From the NCBI GenBank assembly GCA_964362905.1, contig CAYIHQ010000001.1, positions 65,163 to 129,162 of the forward strand: a stretch of 64,000 bases of DNA. The letters are read 5' to 3'. The DNA is from an uncultured Ignavibacteriaceae bacterium (GTDB taxonomy: Bacteria; Bacteroidota; Ignavibacteria; UBA10030). The position numbers and the translations under genes are program-made. Below the pieces are notes generated by a model that did not search any database, had not been told where the DNA came from, and was given only the letters and a program-made list of their open reading frames with translations. Positions 16,538 to 24,815 of the stretch are shown piece after piece; position 1 is the stretch's first letter; each line of letters starts with the position of its first letter.

Positions 16538-17433
16538 GGCGCCACCGCCGCGCCCGCGCGCCAGGTGATGACCGCGTGTTCGCCCTCGGTGGCGACCGTC
16601 GCCACGTCCGCGACGGCCGCGGCCAAGAGCAGCACATACTCCGCGGCCTCCTCGGCGTCGTTCGAGATCACCCACCGGCCGCGGCCCGTGACCGCGACCA
16701 CGGAGGCGCGGCCCAGCACGTCGCCCACGATGCCCCGGACCTGCGCGTCGCGCAGCGGCGCCAGGTCATAGTGCCCCGGCGCGTACTCCACCGACCGCAG
16801 CCCCTGTGTCCCGTCGGTCGGGTCCTGTGCCCAGGTGTCGGTTTGCCGGCGGCAGCCGCACCGCAGGCACGCCTCGTCGATGATGACGCCGCCGCCGTGC
16901 CCCCAGCATCCGGGGTTCTCTTTGATGCCGCCGACGAGCTTGACGGGCGACGCCCACGCATGGCCATCGCCGCCCACGCAATCCGGCTCGTCCGGGTCGA
17001 TCGTGACCCGGTGGCTGGCGCGGTCGATCTTGACCTCGGCCACGTCGACCGGCGGCGCCCCGTGCAGCGGACACTCCGCATCGTCGCACGGGTGCACGTC
17101 GGACGCACACGCCGCGCCGCAGTCCGCGCAGTCGCCGTCGGCGTCCAGCCCGACCCGCCAGGCGCGGACCGTGACCCACTCCGTACGCGTCGATGGCTCG
17201 GCGCCATCGGCGACGTACTCGGCCGCCGCCTCCGCCCCGGACTTGGCATCCGGGTAGGCCACGGCGTTGCCGCCGCTGCCGTCCCGCACCACCCACCCGA
17301 GCAGCAGCACGACGTCACGGCCCTCATCGTCGGTGCCCAGTTCCAGGGCCAGGTCGCGGGCCACCTCGGCTGGCGAGCCGCCGGCCGAGAGCGCAGCGCG
17401 TGCGCGCTGCTCGATCGTCAGGGGAGCGGTCAT
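16534..17433 (-). CDS. Hypothetical Cys/Asp-rich protein (299 aa)
   Basis: Met-133 of track ORF 16534..17829 (MTAPLTIEQ) forms an ATGA overlap with the stop of 17430..18440. Contains DADGDCADCGAACASDVHPCDDAECPLHG and CLRCGC. Confidence 0.55.
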   Translation of the reverse strand: MTAPLTIEQRARAALSAGGSPAEVARDLALELGTDDEGRDVVLLLGWVVRDGSGGNAVAYPDAKSGAEAAAEYVADGAEPSTRTEWVTVRAWRVGLDADGDCADCGAACASDVHPCDDAECPLHGAPPVDVAEVKIDRASHRVTIDPDEPDCVGGDGHAWASPVKLVGGIKENPGCWGHGGGVIIDEACLRCGCRRQTDTWAQDPTDGTQGLRSVEYAPGHYDLAPLRDAQVRGIVGDVLGRASVVAVTGRGRWVISNDAEEAAEYVLLLAAAVADVATVATEGEHAVITWRAGAAVAP

Positions 17434-18440
17434 GGTCGGTACCCTCCCGCGAACCCGCGGGCCGGGTCGCCGTAGCGGTCGACCAGCTCGGCCGCCGGAC
17501 CCTCGCCGCGCAGGAACGCGGCGACCTGGTCTGGGCTCGCGCAGCCGAGCACCACCTTGACGCGCTCGCCCGCGCGGACTGCCGGTGTAGCCAGGTAGGC
17601 CACGCCGAGGAGGCACGCTGCCTCCGGCAGCTCGGGGATGTCGCGGGCGCGCGCATCCCGCACCCCAGCCCAGATGTCGCGCATGAGCAACGATACTCGC
17701 GGCACCGAGCGCAGTGCCTCCTGTGCGGCCGCCACGTCGGCCAGCACGGACTCGACGGTCCGCTTCTGGTGCGCCGCGCGCGATACCGCGCGCCATTGCA
17801 GCAGCGCGACTAGACCCACGCCTGGGCACTTACCCCGGCAGGCCGCGCCGAGGCAGTGGTCGGCCGCAGCGGTGAGCACTAGGTCGTGCGGCACGCGCGC
17901 GATCACGTCGGGGGCCACGTAGACCCACCAGTCTGGGTCGTCCGCGCCCGGCGCGGTGTACGGCGCCACGAGCGCGCCGGGGACGCCGGCCACCATCCAC
18001 GGTAGCCGCTCCCAGGTCAGCAGGCCGAGCCGCGCCAGGTGCGCGATGACCTGGCCGATCGAGCTGCCGGCCAGGAACTCGGCCGGCGGCCGGCCGTAGC
18101 CGGGATCGCCGGGCCGGTGGTGGTCGATCACCACCACCTCGCTCTGCCCGAGCTGCGCGGCCTGCTTCAGGGAGCAGTCGGGGTGCCAAGAGCACTCCAC
18201 GCGGTAAACCGTCCCGTAGGTCGATGGGTCAGCCGCCGTCTCACCGCTCAGCAACGCCGCGATTGCTAGCGTCGAATCAACGAGGTGAGGCGGGTCAGCC
18301 TGATAGGCCGTCTCCGCCGTCACACGCCTGCCGGCCTTCGTGGCGTACTCCACGGGCTCACCGGCGGCGCGCAGCAGCGCCTCGATAGCCGCCATCTCGG
18401 GGTCTGGCGCCCCGAGCACCCACAGGGTAGGAGCGCTCAC
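17430..18440 (-). CDS. DHH-like phosphoesterase candidate (336 aa)
   Basis: GTG at 18440 (GTGA overlap with the upstream stop). VVVIDHHRPGDPGYG followed by GSSIGQVIAHLARLG resembles DHH motif III and its downstream helix. N-terminal LGAPDPEMAAIEALL could be a degenerate motif I. The functional call is tentative. Confidence 0.4.
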   Translation of the reverse strand: MSAPTLWVLGAPDPEMAAIEALLRAAGEPVEYATKAGRRVTAETAYQADPPHLVDSTLAIAALLSGETAADPSTYGTVYRVECSWHPDCSLKQAAQLGQSEVVVIDHHRPGDPGYGRPPAEFLAGSSIGQVIAHLARLGLLTWERLPWMVAGVPGALVAPYTAPGADDPDWWVYVAPDVIARVPHDLVLTAAADHCLGAACRGKCPGVGLVALLQWRAVSRAAHQKRTVESVLADVAAAQEALRSVPRVSLLMRDIWAGVRDARARDIPELPEAACLLGVAYLATPAVRAGERVKVVLGCASPDQVAAFLRGEGPAAELVDRYGDPARGFAGGYRP

Positions 18441-18814
18441 GGGCGCACCTCCGCGCCTGCGGCGCGCAGCAACGCCAGCACCTCGCGGGGATCCAAGTCC
18501 CCCGTGTCGACGGAGCACGGGAGCCCGTCCCACTGGCCGTGTTTGCCAGTGGGCCAGGCGTTGATGCCTGGCCGCACCGTCTCGAAGACGCGGCCGGCGG
18601 CGGACATGATGTTCCCGATCCCCGAGAAGGAGACCTCTTCGGCCGGACCACCTTCGTGGTCCGCGAGGATGCGGCAGGCGTCTTCCCGACGGGAAATCAG
18701 GAGCGCCACGCCCGCTTCGGTGAGCAGGCGCTCGGCTCCTGCACCTGCGGCGCGGAGCGCCGCCATCGTCGGCGGAGCCGCGGGAGTGTTCGGGTTTGTG
18801 GTTTCGGTTTCCAT
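18437..18814 (-). CDS. Hypothetical protein (125 aa), first gene of an operon
   Basis: The ORF starts 7 nt after the extended -10-like element TGCTATAGT. Confidence 0.55.
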   Translation of the reverse strand: METETTNPNTPAAPPTMAALRAAGAGAERLLTEAGVALLISRREDACRILADHEGGPAEEVSFSGIGNIMSAAGRVFETVRPGINAWPTGKHGQWDGLPCSVDTGDLDPREVLALLRAAGAEVRP

Positions 18815-18821
18815 GCCCAGG

Positions 18822-18830
18822 ACTATAGCA
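18822..18830 (-). promoter_or_regulatory. Extended -10-like element TGCTATAGT, 7 nt upstream of ATG 18814 (implies a leaderless mRNA)
   Basis: The minus strand reads TGCTATAGT-CCTGGGC-ATG, with no SD. An A/T palindrome lies just upstream. Confidence 0.45.
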
Positions 18831-18840
18831 GAAAGTGGCT

Positions 18841-18862
18841 AACTTTTTTAGAGAAAAAAGTT
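18841..18862. repeat. Perfect A/T palindrome AACTTTTTT-AGAG-AAAAAAGTT upstream of the 18814 operon
   Basis: Read directly. It overlaps the 13-mer gaaaaaagttcag, which also occurs at 34654..34666. Confidence 0.8.
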
Positions 18863-18938
18863 CAGCGTTGGTGCGTGCCTCCCTGCCCTCGACGCGAGGG
18901 GCACCCGCGCGCAGGAAACACCCGCAGGTGCATCGAGA

Positions 18939-19685
18939 TCATTGATTCAGCCGTCGAAAAACAAAGGTCTCGATCGCCTCTCGCCCCCATCGCTGCTCCA
19001 TCTCACCCTGCCAGAGGCAGGAGAATCCTTGTGTAGCAAACCACTTCAGCAGCCCCGCACGAGTCCAATACCAAAGATGCTCCCCCGGCTTATAGTGTCT
19101 ACTGCTTCGCGTATGGGTGGCACCCTCAAAGATGGGCAGGCTCACGAGGACGTGCTCCATAACACGTCGAAGGAGTGCGGCGGGATCTGGTAGATGCTCC
19201 AGCACATCCCAGAGAGTGATGTTCTCCACCAATACATTGCTCTCCCAGGGATCTACCCAGAGACCGCGCTCGTGCAGCCACGCCCGGGACATGGGATTCA
19301 CGTCGTAGCCCCCGAGAAGAAGGGGCACCCCGCGAGCCTCTATCATCTTGGCGAGGAAGTCGCCTGCACACGCCCCCACATCCACTACCAGCTTGTTGTC
19401 CGCAACATACTCCCTGCACAAGTCTACACGCTCCGCGGTAAGCCCCTTTCCCACAGCAGTAGAGATGTAGCCCACGTATTTGTTGAAATACTCCTCATTG
19501 TAGAGCCCAAGGTTTGGTGGTGTCGGACACCAACCATAGCCACGGTCCTCGAACCACACCAGCTCACCCTCCAGAGGCTCACACATATCTGCCGCTGGAT
19601 CAGGTAGAGGCTGGTCCATCGCGAGCAACCCTGCACAATTCGTCGTGGTCACGCTGATAGCAACGCGAGCTGGTCTATACCTCAC
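18939..19685 (-). CDS. Class I SAM-dependent methyltransferase
   Basis: VVDVGACAGDF (motif I), GGYDVNP, and LWDVLEHLPDPAALL, which is typical of Methyltransf_23-type enzymes. Confidence 0.75.
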   Translation of the reverse strand: MRYRPARVAISVTTTNCAGLLAMDQPLPDPAADMCEPLEGELVWFEDRGYGWCPTPPNLGLYNEEYFNKYVGYISTAVGKGLTAERVDLCREYVADNKLVVDVGACAGDFLAKMIEARGVPLLLGGYDVNPMSRAWLHERGLWVDPWESNVLVENITLWDVLEHLPDPAALLRRVMEHVLVSLPIFEGATHTRSSRHYKPGEHLWYWTRAGLLKWFATQGFSCLWQGEMEQRWGREAIETFVFRRLNQ

Positions 19686-20619
19686 TCACATTATCAGAGC
19701 ATTGTGCCCGACCCATGAGCTGTCGCCGCGCCCGCTCCATGTCGTTGAGGGCACTCAAGCAAACGTCTTCCTGAAAGCTATCCACGTAGACCGGGGTATA
19801 GACAGATCCTACCTTCTTGGGATCAACCCAATTGGTACTGAAATCCTTATGGAAACGTGCGCGGTAGCTCTCGCCACACCAGATCATCAATGTGGGGCAT
19901 CCAAGATGCTGTGCGACCATCCCATTGCCCGCAGGAAAGCCCACGAAGGCGCGCGCGTGACGGATGAGCCCCAGAAGCTGAGGGAGCGTGGTCTGTCCCG
20001 CCAACGAAATGACTTGCGGGGTGCCCGCCGCAGCAGCGAGCTGTGTAGAGAAGTCCACATCCCAATCCTTACCCGTCAGTACGAGCTTGGTGTGGGGGTA
20101 CGCGGTGGCCAGAGCTTGGATGAATCCAACAAGCTTCTTCACCGGAAGATGCTGCAACCAATGCTCCGCGTAGAAGCCATGGTTGCAGAAGAAGAGCAAA
20201 ATGTAGGGTCCGTTGTGCCTAAGAAAATGCTCCCCAAACTGCATCTCCTCTTCCGTGGGCACCACCTCGTAGTCCCATTCTGTCACGCACTCCGGAAGCA
20301 CCTCGCTCATCGCACACCCACGCTCTAGGGCGGGGTTCACACCGATGAGGTAGTCAAAGCCCTCAAAGCCCTCGATGACCTGCCGGGGGCCGGTGCCATA
20401 GACCTCATTGTACTCGTGCGTCCAGGGGTGTCGGAAATAGCCACCAACCTCTAGCCAGGGAATACGTTGCAACCACTCCAATGCCCGGGGCTTACCATCG
20501 GGATCCCAGATGTGAGCACGGAAGGTCTCACCAGGAGCATGCACCTCCATGAAGCTGCGCAGCTTCAGCAAAATCCAGTGATTGTCACCGATGCCCGGGG
20601 GGAGCAGAATTGTCTTCAT
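19675..20619 (-). CDS. Glycosyltransferase family 9 (heptosyltransferase)-like
   Basis: N-terminal MKTILLPPGIGDNHWILLKL and C-terminal ISLAGQTTLPQLLGLIRHARAFVGFPAGNGMVAQHLGCPTLMIW resemble GT9 signatures. Confidence 0.6.
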   Translation of the reverse strand: MKTILLPPGIGDNHWILLKLRSFMEVHAPGETFRAHIWDPDGKPRALEWLQRIPWLEVGGYFRHPWTHEYNEVYGTGPRQVIEGFEGFDYLIGVNPALERGCAMSEVLPECVTEWDYEVVPTEEEMQFGEHFLRHNGPYILLFFCNHGFYAEHWLQHLPVKKLVGFIQALATAYPHTKLVLTGKDWDVDFSTQLAAAAGTPQVISLAGQTTLPQLLGLIRHARAFVGFPAGNGMVAQHLGCPTLMIWCGESYRARFHKDFSTNWVDPKKVGSVYTPVYVDSFQEDVCLSALNDMERARRQLMGRAQCSDNVSEV

Positions 20620-21200
20620 GCAGTGAGAAGTAGGTGTCCACGAAGTGATCCCAGCTCGTGGCTCCGGAGGCCATTTACATCAGCCCACTTCGAGGCCGCG
20701 AAGCGGAGATTGGGGTCCGCCACGTCGTCCACCAGAATGTAGCCCGGGCGCCCCAAAAGTGGATGAACTAAATCGAGATCATGCCACAGGGCAGCCACAT
20801 CGTGCTGCCCGTCGATGTGCGCCAGGTCCACCGGAGTGAACCCCTCAGTCAGGGGCAAAGAGACGTGTGCTTGCGTGTTGGTGCGTACCAACCTGACCGC
20901 TCCACTCGTCAGCTTCTTCAGGATGTGCTCAGCAAAATCGTTGCTCCCTGGCCAGTGCTCGAAATCATAGCCAAGAAAAGAGGCCTTACCTTTACTCCCA
21001 TGAAGCATGCAGATTGCTGAGTAGCCAAAGCGCACGCCAATTTCCAGAATGATCTTGGGCTGGATCTTCAGGGCAAGAGCATGGTAGAGCCCGTAATACG
21101 TGGGATCCGACATGTAGCTAGGCGCGTCGGCGGGGTGGATGTGCCCAGCAAGCAGGTGAAACACGGAGCCCGGACTCTGGAAGTCCTCCCATTCACTCAC
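20616..21200 (-). CDS. Class I SAM-dependent (O-)methyltransferase, CmcI/Methyltransf_24-like
   Basis: ILEIGVRFGYSAICML, VDLAHIDGQHD and GYILVDD. Confidence 0.7.
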   Translation of the reverse strand: MSEWEDFQSPGSVFHLLAGHIHPADAPSYMSDPTYYGLYHALALKIQPKIILEIGVRFGYSAICMLHGSKGKASFLGYDFEHWPGSNDFAEHILKKLTSGAVRLVRTNTQAHVSLPLTEGFTPVDLAHIDGQHDVAALWHDLDLVHPLLGRPGYILVDDVADPNLRFAASKWADVNGLRSHELGSLRGHLLLTA

Positions 21201-21586
21201 GATGGCTCCCTCGGCTGTTCCACATCCACGCGGGCCTGGCTCGCTTCGGTTGAAAAACCAGCGGGGTAGCGCATGCGCAGCTTGGCGATGTTGCGCGCTG
21301 CAACCTCCGCAAGATCAACGCCGAGCGAGTGCGCTGCCAACGCGCAGTACCAGAGCACATCGCCGATCTCCTTGACCAGCTTCGCGGGATCGTTTGGATG
21401 CCCATGGAACAGCATCTTCTTGACAGCATCGGCGAACTCGCCGGCTTCGCCTGCTAAGCCGAGCGCCGCACACAGCAGCTTGTCGCGTCCGTTGCGGAAC
21501 CCTACCGCGGTGCGCGCGGCCTCCACCTCGTAGGTATCGAACGTCAACGGAGTCTCGCCGCCACAGCTTACAGCAGTTTTGTTCAT
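21197..21586 (-). CDS. mazG: MazG-like nucleoside triphosphate pyrophosphohydrolase
   Basis: LGLAGEAGEFADAVKK..EIGDVLWYCALAAHSLGVDLAEVAARNIAKLRMRY is a classic all-alpha MazG motif set. Confidence 0.85.
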   Translation of the reverse strand: MNKTAVSCGGETPLTFDTYEVEAARTAVGFRNGRDKLLCAALGLAGEAGEFADAVKKMLFHGHPNDPAKLVKEIGDVLWYCALAAHSLGVDLAEVAARNIAKLRMRYPAGFSTEASQARVDVEQPREPS

Positions 21587-22521
21587 TGAATACCAAACCA
21601 GTAGCTACAGAAATCTTTGTCTCTCCCCAAGAGACGAGCAAGCGCAGCATCCACCGTGGTGTCCACTCGCTCATCGGGAATGTCCTTCCAACACACATGC
21701 AGGGGATCACGACAGTTGCAGAAAGGCTCGGGAGCCAGCTCCGTGTAGAGTGGCTTCACGCCGGCTGTTCTGGGGATCAACATGGAAGGCGGGTAGTGCC
21801 CACCGTAGACACACAGAACATTGGCGCCCACGGATAGCGAAAGAGGCAGTAGAAAGCAGGGAGAGGTCACCACCAGATTTGCAGCCTGCGCCAAGGCCGC
21901 GATCTCCGTACATTGCAGCTCACCCCTGAGGTAGCACTGCACGTCGGGGCACCCCGTAAGCAACGCATCGTCCTCCAGCCACTCGTAAGCGGGAGCCAGA
22001 TCGCCGATCACGATGAGGTGACACCCTCGATCAACAAGCCTCCGCAACACCCTGCGCATCACATTCACATGGGGTGTACGCGACAGGTAGGTACCGACGC
22101 TGCGAATAGAAGGTGGACGAAAGAGAACAAAGTCTCCCGGCGGGAACCCCCGGGGAAACCAGTGGGGTGGCACGCGCAGGCGAAAGTCAATCTTCCTCTG
22201 CAACACATCCTCTTGCATTCCCACACCAAAACGAAGCGCCTCTACGATTGAGGTCGATGTCGCAAGGTAGCTCGTATGGTAACAGAGGGCAGTAACGGGA
22301 GGAGTAGTCCACACATTCTCAGGAGCCCGCTGCCTCTCCCGATCCTGCGCAGCCAAACCACACAATCCCATCTTCACGGGGTGGACTCCAATATCTTCCC
22401 ACAGAGCGGGCCACGGAGTATCCACCCAAACCTCATGTTCTCCTCGTAGCTCTCGCAGCACAGCGTGGAGATAAACTTGATCCCCAAGACCAATGTAGGA
22501 AGAAGCATGTATATTAGCCAC
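21583..22521 (-). CDS. Second GT9-like glycosyltransferase
   Basis: N-terminal YIGLGDQVYLHAVLREL and C-terminal GELQCTEIAALAQAANLVVTSPCFLLPLSLSVGANVLCVYG. Same architecture as 19675..20619 but weaker. Confidence 0.5.
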   Translation of the reverse strand: MANIHASSYIGLGDQVYLHAVLRELRGEHEVWVDTPWPALWEDIGVHPVKMGLCGLAAQDRERQRAPENVWTTPPVTALCYHTSYLATSTSIVEALRFGVGMQEDVLQRKIDFRLRVPPHWFPRGFPPGDFVLFRPPSIRSVGTYLSRTPHVNVMRRVLRRLVDRGCHLIVIGDLAPAYEWLEDDALLTGCPDVQCYLRGELQCTEIAALAQAANLVVTSPCFLLPLSLSVGANVLCVYGGHYPPSMLIPRTAGVKPLYTELAPEPFCNCRDPLHVCWKDIPDERVDTTVDAALARLLGRDKDFCSYWFGIQ

Positions 22522-23392
22522 CTTCTACCTCGTCACCTTTTGCCTCTGAGAGCACTGAAGAGCAGTAACCTACAGCGGTTTTCAACGCAGATGCCAGCGC
22601 TTGCAGCTTCCCCAGGTCTCCTCGACGAGCGCTACGAAGAGCCCGAAGGAGATCCAAGGGTGTGGCCTTATAAGGCAGATTCAGCTCCTTCCGTAGCTCC
22701 TGAATATAGGTCTGGACCTCACCCCATGACGTTTCCCTGTGCGAATCGATCTCCTTCTTGGCGTGCTCTTGCATCTCGCTCAGAGCCCGTACATGGCTAT
22801 CTCGCTCTCTCTGAAGAGCCCCTTTCATAGAGGCTATCTCGTATTCCACAGATGAGATGTCTTGGATGGCCCGACAAATGCGCTCACCTAGCTTTCTCTT
22901 GGTCTCCTCCCGTAGAGTCCACTCATTTCGTAGCACACCCCGCTGCTCCCGGAGCAACCTCGAAGCCTCCCAACCAATACCATCAAAGAGCAGCTTGAGA
23001 AGCAAAGTCTGTGGAAGCACCAGACTCTGATTCGTGGCCCCCTTCATCACCTTCCAGTGCTCATCCCCTCGACAGATCAAACCACAGACATTCGGGAGAT
23101 CCGCGCGCTTTATGAGGCCAGTGGGGCAGGCGAAGTAAACTGAGTTCGCCAGAGGGGTGTAGCTACGCCACTTGCCGGCAACGACATCGGCTCGAAAGTC
23201 CGCCTCCGTGACCTTGACTTCGTAGGCCACAGCATTTTGATGGACAAAGCTCTTGTCCACCACATAGACATCGGGACGCGGGCTCCCAGCTGGCCCCAGT
23301 TGCATGTCCTCCCAGACTACACGATTACCAGTCGCACGCAGATGCTGCGCCAGATCGTGCGCGAGTTGATCGTGAGACCAAGCCACGGTCAC
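22514..23392 (-). CDS. MmcB-like PD-(D/E)xK nuclease with a C-terminal coiled coil
   Basis: GSPRPDVYVV..AVAYEVKVTEADF gives the D...E.K motif. N-terminal HDQLAHDLAQHL is typical of the MmcB family. Confidence 0.55.
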   Translation of the reverse strand: MTVAWSHDQLAHDLAQHLRATGNRVVWEDMQLGPAGSPRPDVYVVDKSFVHQNAVAYEVKVTEADFRADVVAGKWRSYTPLANSVYFACPTGLIKRADLPNVCGLICRGDEHWKVMKGATNQSLVLPQTLLLKLLFDGIGWEASRLLREQRGVLRNEWTLREETKRKLGERICRAIQDISSVEYEIASMKGALQRERDSHVRALSEMQEHAKKEIDSHRETSWGEVQTYIQELRKELNLPYKATPLDLLRALRSARRGDLGKLQALASALKTAVGYCSSVLSEAKGDEVEGG

Positions 23393-23757
23393 ATCGTAGT
23401 GACATCCGGTACCACAGTCAGTGGTCCGTAATAGGCAGTGAAGATGCTGCCATCAGCCTTGGTTACCTGGAGATCCCAACGGAGCACCCAGGTGCCTGCG
23501 GACAGCCCACTTGTATTCGCGGGCTGAAACGTGGGTGTGACAAGCCCTATCGCTGCATCGGTGATGACGATGCCCCCCGAGGGAAGGGTCGTCAACTGGA
23601 AGACCGCAGTGGCGTCCGCATCTGACAACGCTTTCTTCGCCGTCAGCTTGAGAGAAGCCCCCGTCAAGTTGAGGACGTTGCCATACTCATCACGAACAAC
23701 CAGCGGAACAGCGTAGGTGTCACCACGCATGATCTCAAGAGGAAGAAACTGGACCAT
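23389..23757 (-). CDS. Hypothetical beta-sandwich-like protein (122 aa), possibly structural
   Basis: ORF with an ATGA overlap. RGDTYAVPLVVRDEYGNVLNLTGASLKLTAK resembles Ig-like N-terminal domains of phage baseplate/fibre proteins. Weak evidence. Confidence 0.55.
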   Translation of the reverse strand: MVQFLPLEIMRGDTYAVPLVVRDEYGNVLNLTGASLKLTAKKALSDADATAVFQLTTLPSGGIVITDAAIGLVTPTFQPANTSGLSAGTWVLRWDLQVTKADGSIFTAYYGPLTVVPDVTTM

Positions 23758-24028
23758 CTTTCATTCTCCTGACTTCTGCACCCTCGACAGTATACCTCTT
23801 GGAGCGTGGAATCACGTAGAACAAACCGATCTTGCTGGGATCTTCGATCACCACATGGGACTCCCCCGTAGCCTGGCTGCGCTCGGCAGCGAACTCCAGG
23901 GCCACCAGCGCATTTGTACGCTGGAAGTCCGCCTGATCCCGCAGGAGGCGTGCATGCTCCTCACAGCAGGCTGGCAAACTCCGTTGCAAAATCAACCTAG
24001 TGCGAGGTGTCTGAAAGTCGTCGTCCAT
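23735..24028 (-). CDS. Hypothetical protein (97 aa)
   Basis: ORF co-directional with its neighbours. No motif recognised. Confidence 0.4.
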   Translation of the reverse strand: MDDDFQTPRTRLILQRSLPACCEEHARLLRDQADFQRTNALVALEFAAERSQATGESHVVIEDPSKIGLFYVIPRSKRYTVEGAEVRRMKDGPVSSS

Positions 24029-24039
24029 GAGAGATCACT

Positions 24040-24225
24040 TCACCTCAACAAGAGGCGTCGACGATCTACCGCGATGGTCAGAGCAGCATTCTTCCAGCTT
24101 GTGTGGTTCCCAATCGTTGCACGCGCCGCACGGGCAAGTGGTTTCCACGAGTCAACCCCACCAGTGACGACCACAGCGCCAGCAAGGCCCTCTGTATATT
24201 TCGTGGTCTTGGTTTGCACCAGCAT
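24040..24225 (-). CDS. Hypothetical protein (61 aa)
   Basis: Short co-directional ORF. Confidence 0.3.
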   Translation of the reverse strand: MLVQTKTTKYTEGLAGAVVVTGGVDSWKPLARAARATIGNHTSWKNAALTIAVDRRRLLLR

Positions 24226-24321
24226 AGCCCTCAGTAAATTGTAGATCCATAGTCATTCCCCTCGGGGGTTGGTGGTTCGATGGCATCTTTCACCTTGCTG
24301 CAACACTCACGGGCTTCTTAG

Positions 24322-24567
24322 TCATATGGGATTAGCCACGCACCATGCACAAGTACAATCTGGCTCATGCCAGGAGACGTAGGCGGTACCCGGTTCCTCC
24401 TCGGTTGCCCACTCTTCTTCGACGTGTACGATGCCGGGACAGCCACAGTCTGAGCACTTGGCATCGTCGTCATCGAACACGAGATCGCCTGGCGCCTCCG
24501 TCAGCACCAAGGCATCAGCCCCACAGTAGGGACAACACGAGTCAAACTCCTTCCACTCCTTAGCCAC
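24322..24567 (-). CDS. Zinc-ribbon-like small protein (81 aa)
   Basis: A GTG at 24567 lies just after the upstream stop, with GGAG upstream. Contains CCPYCG..CSDCGC..CTCAWC. Confidence 0.45.
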   Translation of the reverse strand: MAKEWKEFDSCCPYCGADALVLTEAPGDLVFDDDDAKCSDCGCPGIVHVEEEWATEEEPGTAYVSWHEPDCTCAWCVANPI

Positions 24568-24569
24568 GC

Positions 24570-24809
24570 CTAGGCTCCACCTGGACGGCGCCGTGGCGAC
24601 GCGATTTTGAGTTCTCGTCCACCTTTGGCCTTCTTCTTCCCCGCCTTGATGAGCACCCCTTCCCGGAACTCCCTGCACAGCAGCTCCAAATCGTCTTGGC
24701 TGAGCGCACTCAAGGGGATCTGGACCCTAACAAATCCCTGTGTACCCCGTGTATTCACATAGGAAGGAATTGGAAAGGATTCCAGCTCGTACTCAACCGT
24801 GGTCTTCAT
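24570..24809 (-). CDS. Hypothetical protein (79 aa)
   Basis: ORF with protein-like sequence. Confidence 0.5.
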   Translation of the reverse strand: MKTTVEYELESFPIPSYVNTRGTQGFVRVQIPLSALSQDDLELLCREFREGVLIKAGKKKAKGGRELKIASPRRRPGGA

Positions 24810-24815
24810 GTGGGA

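Noticed and set aside
16282-17475. 397-aa plus-strand ORF, plus minus-strand alternative-frame ORFs (16668..17327, 16766..17296)
   Set aside because: Their composition is Arg/Pro/Gly/Ala-rich and low in complexity, as expected from stop-poor GC-rich DNA. The chosen frame gives protein-like sequence and exact GTGA/ATGA coupling.
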